Assembly: GCA_012026655.1 (NCBI GenBank)
Contig: JAAILG010001801.1
Location: 1-61,775, forward strand
Source: Hydrolagus affinis
Taxonomy: Eukaryota
Direction: 5' to 3'
DNA: 61,775 bases
Part shown: piece after piece, positions 35,340 through 47,100 of the stretch
Layout: each line of letters begins with the position of its first letter
Position numbering within the stretch: the stretch's first letter is position 1
Translations under genes and position numbers: made by a program
Notes under the pieces: generated by a model
What the model was told of the DNA's origin: nothing
Seen by the model: only the letters and a program-made list of their open reading frames with translations
Database searches by the model: none

Positions 35340-36700
35340 AGTGGCTGCTGCGAGGCTAATGCCGGCTGGCTGGCCGGGTTTGCAAGTGGAAATAAAGCTT
35401 ACCACGTGACTGGGCTCGAGCTCTGTTTACTGCAGCGCGAGAAGCAACGACAAAGCCGCGGAGAGGAAAAAAACAAACGGTATCGCCCCCACACAACACT
35501 CGAGGTTTCCAATGGCTTCCTTCTTCTGCTCCACCTCGGAACACATCCACGGGGGGTGGGATACACAATCTATATCCAAAAATACCAAGATCTATAAAAT
35601 GGGGAGGGGAGGGAGGGAGGCGATGAAGGGACGGGAAAGAAGAGAGTTTGGGTTCTTCTCGACGAAACAAAGCTCTGCTCGACCAGTTTTTTTAAAAAAA
35701 AATCCAACTTCTTTTCTATATATAAAAAAAGTATAATTACTTTTTTTCCGGGGAAGTTTTTTTAAAAAAAACAAGAGGGGGGGGAAAAAATCACTCCTTT
35801 GTGGCTTTTTTTTTCTTTCTTTCTTCCCCCCACCCCGTTGTTTGGAGAAAGGAAAATGGCGTGCTGCCTCCTCGACTATTTGTTGTTGTCGATATCGCTT
35901 GACTGTTTTCGAGAACCTTCCCTCTTGCGTGGCTCGCCGCTCTCTGGCTGCTGCTGTGGCTGTGCTTTCTCTCAGTCCCACTTACTTCAGTCGAGGGGAG
36001 GGGGGGGGAGGAGGGCGGAGGGATGGATGAGAGGCGGGATGTTGCTCGCTCCGATGACGTACTTGATTGACGTCCGCCCCCAGCCAATCGTAAGGCAGAG
36101 CCGTGTCCTCATGAGGCCTCAACCAATAGAAGTTGGGGGGGGAGGGGGCAAGAGGCAGGGTTGGGTGTGGAGCGAGGCGGAGCCAGCCCGCCCTCAGCTG
36201 TCAATTGACCTGAATAAATTGCAGAGAGAGAGGGGCAGAGAGGAGGGTTGGCCTCCGCTGAGAGCTATGCAAACGTACGCCCCCCTCCCCACCTCTAGGC
36301 AGCGAATGGGTAGTGATTGACAGCAGCGCTGCTGAATGACCTTTTGGCGATTCAGCTTCAAGTTTGTCAGACGCCTCTGTCTGGTCTCGGCGCGTTTTCA
36401 GCCAGTGATCGCTAATCGCACCCGCCCCAAACACAGCCGTCAACCGACACCCAGTTTGGCGTTGTATTTACCTCTCTCTCGCCCTCTCTCTCGGGGACGG
36501 GTTATTTTTTTGGGGAGGAAAAAAAAAGTCATAAGGAAACAGGTAACAAATCCGCTGGTTTCAGACAAAACGCATCATAATAGTGAATAATAATCGTCAT
36601 TATTGCAATCTGATACATCGCATCTTCGACGCGCCTCGAGATCGTGGGACATTGGGAATACAGGACAGTGTTTCCTTCATCTCTCAGGAGCTCACACACA
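35340..36700 (-). promoter_or_regulatory. CpG island / KANSL1L promoter with candidate non-coding first exons (donors after 35986 and 35403)
   Basis: CpG-dense; GC boxes (~36012, 36072, 36174), CCAAT boxes (~36084, 36123), CRE-like TGACGT (~36055, 36068), YY1 AAAATGGCG (35853-35861), E-box CACGTGAC (35403-35410); minus-strand GTAAGT/GTAAGC donors. Confidence 0.75.
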
Positions 36701-37041
36701 CACACACACAGAGAGAGACTTAATAATAACACTCACAGTAAATTACACACAACAGCTGGGTGAATACCCGACGCTCGCAGTTTAAACGCGTGCAATGAAA
36801 CATTACTAAAACAAAATATAATAATATACTATATTATATATACCCCGAAAAAGGCTTGCATTTCCATCACTTTGCAAATAGGTCAGATAGCACCAGGATG
36901 GATGTATTAAAACAAAGAGATGCCATTGATTCCTTATCGCGATTGCAACCAGTTGTTTACAAACGCTGGTGTAGTTATTTACACGTTCGACGTGTGTGTG
37001 TGTGTGTGTGCGGGGTGGTGTGTGTGAGTGTGTGTGAGGGG

Positions 37042-37141
37042 NNNNNNNNNNNNNNNNNNNNNNNNNNNNNNNNNNNNNNNNNNNNNNNNNNNNNNNNNNN
37101 NNNNNNNNNNNNNNNNNNNNNNNNNNNNNNNNNNNNNNNNN
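37042..37141. other. Assembly gap (100 N) flanked by (GT)n and G/C runs
   Basis: N run. Confidence 1.
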
Positions 37142-37869
37142 CCCCCCCCTGCACCCCTCCCCCCCCCCAATAAAAAAACACACACACACACCGGGAGGCA
37201 AATATATAAACTACATATAAATTTATAAACACAGTATATGTTATATATATTTAAAACAAAGTCTATGTTTGGAGAGCGGTATTTTACTTCATTGATCCCC
37301 CTCTCGCCTCACGGTCGGTGCTGTGTGTGTAACTGAAGCCTCCTGTGAAGAGTTGAGTGCCGCGCGCGGTCAGCCGAGTCAGTTGGTGACTTAACGGATT
37401 TCAGTGGATTCCGTTAAAGAACCGGAAAGAAACTCCAGTCGTTCTTTTGGAACAGATTCGAATCCGTCACCTCTAGACACACACACACACACCCTTCCCT
37501 CCCTCCCTCACTCCCTCCCCCCCTCCCTCACCCCCTGAAACTCCCTCCCTCCCCCCCCCCCCAGAGAGACAGGCTGCCTGTCCCAATACTGCATCAACCC
37601 AACACCCAGTGTTACTTCAGAACCAATCAGCGTTGTGAGGCACGACACAGACACACAGGACAGTAGTACAGTAGAGTAGTTCATTACATGGTGTGATAAT
37701 AATAATAATAAACAGTGATACTGTACTAATAATCCTTGCATTTGATATAGCGCTTTTCACGTCTTCTAGACGTCTCGAAGAATATACCGTAAGGCTAATT
37801 TACTGTGTATTTGTGGGTCGAAACGCGGCAGACAATTGCTCACAGCGAATGGCTGGTTTCCGTGTTGTA

Positions 37870-38470
37870 ATCAACGACAAAAATGACAAAAAATTTTGTT
37901 GTTGATTTGGGCAGCGCCTTTCACGACGGGAGCAAGTCCCGAGGCCACGGACGGTCAGTGTTTCTGACGTGAGCTGTGGTCGGATTGGGGAGGGCGGAGG
38001 GAAGAGAGCTGACTGATGGCGAGGTCCAAGAGAAGGGTCTTGAGGCGGAACTTGAAAGAGCCTAGGGAAGGTGGGGGCGAGGTGGAGAGATTGCAGGATG
38101 GAATTCCAAAGGTTGGAGGCAAAATGGCTGATGGCTCCCTGCTGATGGTGGGACGGGTGGGTTGGGGCCAATGGAGCAAGCCGGAGGGAGCGGACAGGTT
38201 GGCAGGGGATTAGGAGGTCACAGAGATAGGGTGGGGCAAGGCCATGGAGGGCTTTAATGGCGAGGACCAGGATCTTGTATTGAATCCTCTGAATGATGGG
38301 AAGCCAGTGGAGTCGGGCGAGAATGGGGCTGATGGTGTGGCAGGGCTTGGTGCGGGAGTTGACGTGGGCTGGATGAGTTCTGGATGCTCTGCAGCCTACG
38401 GAGGGAGTTGGGAAACCCGACAAGCAGGGCGTTGGCATAGACGAGCCTGGACACGACGAATGCGTGAATG
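37870..38470 (-). mobile_element. L2 LINE 3' fragment
   Basis: [35 protein letters not shown] plus 3'UTR. Confidence 0.88.
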
Positions 38471-41088
38471 ACAGTAACTACTGTGCTTCCTAGGGTGACA
38501 CCTATGGATATTTATCATGGGTTGTGATCAAGTTAAACATATGGCAGGTTTCACTTGGTTTGATTTACACTATTTTTACAGTTTGAGGAAATCAATATAA
38601 TTTACTCACTGATGCTTTTAAGTAAAACCTCTGCCTGCATATGGCTGCACCTAATCAGGTTAGACTAACAAATATACACTAGTGGATTAACTATTGAGTT
38701 TTGAAAGAAATGTTCATTACCTCTGGAGTTGTTCAGTTAATCAGCAGTAAATACAGTAATGCACTTTGATTTGATTAACATTTGACACATATATACAGTT
38801 ATTGCAATTCCCAGCTAACATTTTGACTTTGTTGGCATTAATCACAAGTGCCAGTGTTGTGACTATGTTTTTTGAAAATTTGCTGCCATCATTTGCAGTT
38901 CTGTGCACTTTCACTGGAGATTAATTTTCTGCAACGGATGAACATAATTCAACAAGTTTCCATTCATCTATGGCATCTTCCATGATACACATATTGGCCT
39001 CTGAGGCCACAGTATGCCTCTAAGATCATTACTTGAAAAAAAATGACATAAAACCAGCCAGGCCTGACATCTTTCTGACTGGTTCATTACCTTAGAACCA
39101 CCAAGACCACTACATCTCTGTATATATATATATACACACACACAGTATACTGACTTTCAAAACCCACCTTGCAACCCCAAACTGCTTTCAGCTACCTGCC
39201 CTCTCTCCTCCTCAACTCCCCACCCAGTTTGGGGAATTAAGTACTTTGAGACATTCTCCCAATGTCAAATGAGCTATTATTATAAAAAGGTTTTGTTGTA
39301 AAACCATACAGGTGGGCCAAAAACATTTCAAAAACTAGTTTTAAACCCACTGGTGCCTGCTGTACTTGTTAATTGGTCTTAATAAACCAACCTATCACTT
39401 CATAGCTGATATGATCTACTTGTTGAAAGTATTTTTGAAAGTAACCATAAAATTGGATCATTCTAAGACGCAGACTGACAAAGATGTAGGGATTGTTGGC
39501 ATTATAACCAAGGTTTTATTTTCCTTTTTAATTTTTCATTAAGTGTGCTGATTAACATTGGATACAATTTATTGTGAATTCAAAATAAGTGACTTATTCT
39601 CTTTAAAATAATCTTACTTTTATGTAATACTAATCCTCCAAATCAGTACTTGGTGACCAGAATTGTATGCAGTTTTACCTGCTAATCTTTTTCATCTGCA
39701 TTCTTTTCTTTATTAAGCTGGGCAAACATAAAGACTAAATTTACAGTAAACACAGCCAAACATTATGAGAGAGGATAATAAATCTTTATTTAAATTTTAA
39801 AACTGAACATTTCTTTGATTATAAAAATGTTAAATTGATCAAATAAATGTAGTTAAACATCAGTGTATTTCTTTTGCATCAACTGGAAATGGCAAGACAA
39901 CAATGGCAACTTTATGGTACAATTCAGTTATCATAATGAAGAAAGCATTTCCCCCCAATGTATTTTGAGACGCCTTGAAGATGTGATAACGCGCTATATC
40001 AAATGCAAGGATTAGTTGCATTTGATATTATTCTTATTATATTAATTCTAGGTTTCCTTGCTGACATGCCACTAAGGCTTCATCATTTGTTAGAAATCTG
40101 AACAGTTTTGCTTATTCAGCGCCTTGGGATGTCCTGACGTGAAAGGCTCTATACAAATGTAATTTTGTTGTTCTTGTTATTTGATGGTGGAATTGTAGTA
40201 TTACTGCAGAAGCAAAGAATTATTTCAACTGCTAACATCATCCAAATTCAGCCATGATCTTATTAAATGGCAGGCTCGAGGGGCTGAATGGCCTACTCAT
40301 GCACCTACTTATTATGTTCTTCTTAAATTACCACCCATCCTCTACAAATGTTTTGAAGAAAACAAACCATGTGATATTCTGAGAAATGGTGGATAAATTT
40401 CTTACTGCTTTGGCAGAACAGTGTACATTAGCACCTTGAAGTGGAATTCTACTACAAAATACGCAAAACAATGAGTTATTAACAAGTTCCAGCTGTTTGC
40501 AATATTGATACAGCCATTTTCTTTGGTGGCTTCAACAGTCAACCAAAACTAAACATAAACTCCATCTTGATTCACTTCCATACAAAAACAAATAGATCTT
40601 TATGCAGGATTTATCAACTGGAACACTTTGCAGAAGGCTCTTGGCTCTAGGAATAAGTTCGGTAATAACCATTAAAATGTCACTAACAGGAAACTGCAAT
40701 TAAGCAACATTATACACTAAACAAAATAACAATCTCATTTACATTGTTCAGGCACATCTCCGTGATCCCAGTGATTTAACATTTGTTTGGCAAAAAAAAA
40801 ATTTGATTCTTTTGTTTGGTCATTTCATTTGACTTTGAGGTCAATAATAAATTATCTTTCATTGGGAAAATTTAACAAGAATACGTAACACTAGCTTTCA
40901 GCCCATCATTTTTTCCTGCACGCGATTTACAGTCAATTTACTTTATATTCTGTGAAGCGCTTTGAGAAGTCTCAAAGACAAGGTGATAAGGTATTAATAT
41001 GATGAGAGCTTTCACACAAAGACAACTGCAAAAATTGCTAAAAAGATAAGCACTGCTTCAAAGGATCAAAATTGCTGTATTGGCAATT

Positions 41089-41182
41089 TTATTGGTTGCT
41101 TAGAATTCCTCGGCCAATGAGCTCCTTCATTATTTCATTTGTACCACCATAAATTGACTGCACACGAGAATCCACAAAAGCT
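41089..41182 (-). CDS. ACADL: ACADL exon 11 coding part to TAA
   Basis: ttttcag|A GCT TTT GTG GAT TCT CGT...AAC CAA TAA; [30 protein letters not shown]. Confidence 0.95.
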
Positions 41183-44100
41183 CTGAAAATAAACATATTT
41201 TGTTCATTCATGGTTTACTGTGCACTTTTAAAAGAATGAAATCAGAAACACAATCAATCACTCCTGTTAAGAACTTTGATAATATTTTTATAGATGGAAA
41301 ATGATTGCAATTCATTTTTTTTTACAACACCTTATCATTCCCTTACATTCTACTGCCTCATTCCCAGAATAACAATTAAAAGATACTGGCTACATTGTCT
41401 GATTCCCATATTCAGCAGGGATTCTCAAGAACATTCAATGATAGTCAATATTTAACACAGGACTTGTAGCTAGTGTACCTCTATACTGTATTTAGGTAAT
41501 TATTTCAGTTAGCAAAATCAAACACTGGGTAAATGTTTGACAATCAAATCCAATTATCCAATTAAAATGTAAACTCAGCAAACTTGTAACTGCTGCATTT
41601 TCATTCCATTCATTTATCATAATAATCCAACAAATGGCAACTGGGCACCTCAAAGCCACCTCTTCTTATGCTTAACTGGTTCTGAATTTATGAAAACTGA
41701 CTTCAAATGGACAATGAGAGTCAGTTTCAGATGATATTTACTTTCTGTGTGAGGCTTCTGCCAGATAAAATCAGTGCTAATACAGCAGAAAGGCTTTTCT
41801 GTTTGTACTATCTCAGTTGCTTTTTCCCTCTATCTCTCTCTCCAGCCATGTTTATATAACACTGTTTAATCAGAAGTGAATTAACAGCAGCTTTTAACTC
41901 CACATTTACCTCCTATCTAACCTCTTTCCTCCAAACTCTTTTCCAATGTCAAAATAATTATATTATTACATTCAACACCTCTTTTTATACTGTAACATAC
42001 AATCAGAATATAGAACCTTGTCGCTCATCTACTTATATATAACGTACTATAATAATTAACAATAGCATTTGTTTTAACGCCTTTCACATTGGAAGGATAT
42101 CTCAAAGCACTTCAAAGGATTTGCAACACCAACTTGCATTTATATTCCACCTTAATAATCCTTGCATTTGATATAGCGCTTTTCACGATTTCTGGATGTC
42201 TCAAAGCGCTTCACAGAATATACTGTACAGTGAATTGACTGTATATTTGTGGGCGAAACCCAGCAGCCAATTAAGCACAGCTATGTCCCACAAACAATCG
42301 TGGTTCAGTGACCAATTTATTGATTATTTCCTTGAGGGATTATTATCAGGAGTAAGGAAACGTGCCCCAGGTTTCGCCCTGCCGGGAATCAAACCCAGGT
42401 GTCTTGCTTGCAAAGCGTGTGTTCTAACCACTGAGCCACAGGACCCCACACACACCTCGACAGAGGGTGGCATCTCAGAGCACTTTACTGTGAAGTGGTG
42501 TGAATCCAATTTAAAAAAAATCATTTTATTATTACTTTCGAGGTTGATGGCACAGACACGTTGGGTTGAATGGCCATAAATTTCTACGGTTCCACACGTC
42601 TCCAAGCAGGCATGAAACTGAGGCAGCCTCCAGAAAGAGAACCACCCTCTTCCAAAATGTACACACATTTTGGGCAGTAGCATTCAATCAGCAATAGCTC
42701 GCAGGCTAGGCTGGAAGTGATCTTATTACTCAAATCCAATTCACGTGGTCCATACTAGGCAGGCTTGAATCATCATCGTGACTCACCCAGCCTTTGAATT
42801 GCACCCAAAAGGGTGGAATCACCGCCCTGGAGCAGTAAGAATGCTGTTGTGTGGTTACCTCAATGGCAATCAGTCAAACTGAGTGAGCCAGGTGAACCAC
42901 AGAGGCCTGCAAGGCTGCTCCTCACAGTCATCTCAATATCTTTTCAAGTACCTGTACTGAACTTTTTTTTTGCAGAGAGGAATAATTTACACCAAAAGGA
43001 ATTTCCTTTCAATAGTTTATCTGACACATTTTTGTCTCGTTGTGGATGACAATTATTTCTACAGGACAAAAGACAGCACCATTACACTATCATGGAGCTC
43101 CTGTGGCTTAATATTTAGAGCACTTGTCTTGCAAGCTGGGGAGACCTGTGTTCGAATCCAGGCAGGTCAGGGTGAAACCTTGGGCAAGTTTCCTTACTCC
43201 ACACTCCTAATAATAATCCCTCCAAAAAGAAACACAATAATAAAATTGGTCATTTCAATCTACGACTGTGAGTGGGACACTGCTGTGCGCAATTGGCTGC
43301 CACGATTCGCCCACAAATACATACAGTCAATTCACTTTACAGTATATTCTGTGAAGCGCTTTGGGACGTTGATAAGATGTGAAAAGCGCTATATCAAATG
43401 CAAGGATTATTATTATCAGGAATTAAAACTTAATTGGTTTAAAAACTACACACCAAGGAGGCCAGTTTAGATTATTGTTAGGTAAACATATCAATATGCC
43501 TTGCATATCCAATATCCAAGGGCCAGTAGGCCTTGTTGACAATTTAATTAGGACAATGTGCCTTCAACCTCCAGAGGGAGCTGCCTTTGATTGATTTCAC
43601 CAGTGCACCCTGTAATTAGCTTGTTTGGTCGAGATCCAATCTGTTCTTTGGTGCATTCAGTCTGTGATACCTGTCACAGCACCATCTGTCATTTGAGAAT
43701 TGACTGGTTGTTCAGGTAGGTAGGAATTTCCGGCATCACCTAGTCTGATCAACCCAAACGTGCGCAATTGGCTGCCATGTTCCTCCCACAGGTCACCTAG
43801 TTCATTCAGTTTACAGTATAATCTGTGAAGCACTTTGAGACATCTTGAAGACGTGATAAGGTGCTGTATCAAATGCAAGGATTGTTATTCACAACAGGAA
43901 CTGCCAACCAAACCCAATCACCAGGAGTAATAACCTATTGTGAGTGAACCAAAAAGAAACAAAGCAATTTATTGTTGAAATTAATTCAAATAGATGTTTA
44001 TGTTGATTTGTGCCAGAGCATACTTTGGTAGCAATGAGATGAGCATGATTGAATTGAAATTTTGAGCATAATTTTGGTCAAGAAAGGAGTATAAATCTGA

Positions 44101-47100
44101 ATAAAAATTCCACTTGTCTCTCAAATTGCTAGATTGATGATTCACTCAAAAATGGGATGTTGGTCTGTAATTAAATAAATGCTGAACTTACACTTAATAT
44201 AGAACATTATTAAGCCAAATGTAGTCATTGTTATTAAAAATCATGCATTTTATTCAGCACGCAATGTTGAACATGAATATTACAATTCTTCCACCAGCAA
44301 AGCAATTAAGTAGATTCTGCAAAACATTTATTCTCTCAGGAATTCAACCTATTTGTTTTTCTACAGGGTCTCTTTAAGAGTTCCCTCCAATTCCCTCCAC
44401 TGGAATGCAGCAATAACAGTGACACGCTGTAATGTGGTACTCTGACAATTGTACACAAGCATGCAGAGCCCTCGGTAGCCTGTGCACATCAGAACACCAA
44501 TGCATCTACATTCCACTGAAAACAGTGAATTTTTTTGGAATAACACAGTTTGTTTGCATGATTGAAACCAGTGTGAAGAAACTGGTCACCACCTTTGTGT
44601 ACAAACACCAACAAAATTACATTTATCTAACACCTTTCACGTTGGGAGGACGTCCCAAGGCGCTAATTTAATTAATTTATATTAAATTAACGTAACTAAT
44701 TTCTCCACCATTTGATAGCAAAACATGAATTCAATGCAGGCCAGCAAGAATCTACTCAGATTTGTTACCTGCTGACATATTTGCAAACAACTGGGAAATT
44801 GCACTCCAGCCTTAGCCAGACAGCATGATCATGCTGTGTGTCTGGATGGTTCAGTTCTTTATGAGTAAGGAGACAGGGACCGCTGATCCTATTACGATTA
44901 GATTATTACATTTTCTCACAATCCAGTGTGACAATCCACATTTGTCACCGTATTGTTTATGGGTCTTTGGCCAGATCTTGTCTGGATTGTTTCGCTCCAG
45001 TGCTTTGAAGAGCGATTCAAAAGATAGATTATTGTCTAAAATCAGAAACTCATTAAAAGTTGCTAATACATTTACAGAAATTGAAATACCTAATAAAGAG
45101 AATAATTGAGTATAATGCCATGGTTTTCATGAACGGTTTTTCAGTTTGTTATACTCCAATTTCCCTAACCGTGCTTATTCCTGACGATAAGGAAAGTAAT
45201 CGGAAGTCTCTTTTTATTGTGTTCTATTAATACAAAATAAAGTTGATTGGAAAGTTTGCCTTGTAGAATTGACAACTAGCATTTGTCCAAAGTAATTAAA
45301 AAGATCATAAAAGCCAAAACTTACTTTGCAATTGGGTATTCCCACATATATCCCCATCCACCATGGAGTTGTAAACACTGAGTAGCTACCTCATTCTGGA
45401 GTTCAGATGCCCTGGGTGGGGGGTGGGGGTGGGGTTGAAGAAGTGGCAATATTATAAAATGCTCTGAAAAATGCAGAGACACCATTAAATATTTACATCG
45501 ACCATCACTAAGATTGATCTTATCACTGATACCTTGCGCTCTGGACCACGAGTCACAACGAACATCAGTTTGCTTTAAAACAACATTAATTAATGAAGAT
45601 CATTATCACAAATTAAGATGGAAAAATGAAAGAAATGAGGTGAAAAGAGTTGCCCTTTGAAAAGCATTTTTATCTGTGTGGCACATCCTACTTCCAGAGA
45701 TGGAAAATTCTATGCCTTGGATGAGTCACTTTCCAGCTTTGGTGAGGAGAAAAACAAATTAACTCAACAGCTTACAGTTTACGTCAGTCAGTGAGTTTAC
45801 TGTCTCTTTCTCCAAAGCTTCCCTGATTTCTTGTGTTTGAAATTGCATTGGAGCTAACTCCTACCATGCTGACTGGCTGCTTTACTGGCAAATGCATTGC
45901 AGTAACTTTGAGGCTTTACTTCTTCCATTTATGTTTGGTTTGTTGCTTAGAAAGTTCTGAGAGAAAAATAGGGAATCCTGTGTTACCTACCCATTCCCTC
46001 AATCATGCAATAATGGGCAGCAAAATCACAGAAACTTAAAAAAATGAGAATGTTTCGACAGGAAAATCATAAACCATTGATAGATACAGTACTGTATATC
46101 TAATTTATAGTTTTTCCACAAATGAAGTTCTACAGAGTGACCAAAATGTTGTGATAACATTGCCATGTCTGATAAGTCTTAACGAGATTTTTTTTTTGTA
46201 CGATGATAGTACAGTACTGTACTTTCTAAATGGCAAACAACATTTAATAATGTTCAAAAATAGATGGTTAGCTCTAAATTGTGATCTGCGGTCTTCTCAA
46301 ACAATCATTTAAAGAATTAAAAGTATTATCAAAAAGACCCAATTTTTTTTTAAACAGCTCAATATAACTATTTATACAGATAGTATGATTTACGCATATA
46401 TGCTTGCATGCAAGGTTCTAGACTGAAAGGTTGCATATATAATTTATAATAAACACTTACATTACTTGTGCAAAAATCCTATTTTTTTAAAGAAATAAAA
46501 TGTTGCATTTGAAATTATAAATTATATTTGTAACCTCTCAGTGTAGAATCTTGCATGGAAGCATACATACCTAAACTCATACTATTTTGTGCAATATAAA
46601 TAATGTATTATCAATAATTTGACCATATTGCAATACAGCAACATTTCTCATAATTTAACATTCTTAATCTTAGCTGTAGAAAAAAGATCATTGGCATTGA
46701 ATAAAAAATGGAAGTTACAAACACAATTTAATACTAATATACATGAGAAACTACAAAGAGAATGACATAAGCACAGAAATTTATATATATAGAAGGCAGC
46801 GATTTGGCCCAACACGTCTGTGCTAATTTTTGGGAGAGCTCCTGCAAGTATTTGTACCTTTGTTGAACTCCAAAACAATATTCCTTTGTACTTTCAAGGC
46901 ATACAGTAAACGCCAAATATCTAAGTATCTACCAGAATTTGGCCATTGAGGCAGTTGCAGAATCCAGCCCACGCTCCAAATGCAACTTCAGGCAATTGTC
47001 AACAAATACCCTTCCCACGCAAATCTCTGTCTTCATTTCTGCAAGCTTGTGCCGCACAGTCTAAAAGTGAAAAGAAAAGATTCATTAGCGCAATCATTAC

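Noticed and set aside
35356-36590. Multiple overlapping ORFs in the CpG island
   Set aside because: GC-rich, low-complexity promoter sequence with no recognisable protein motifs
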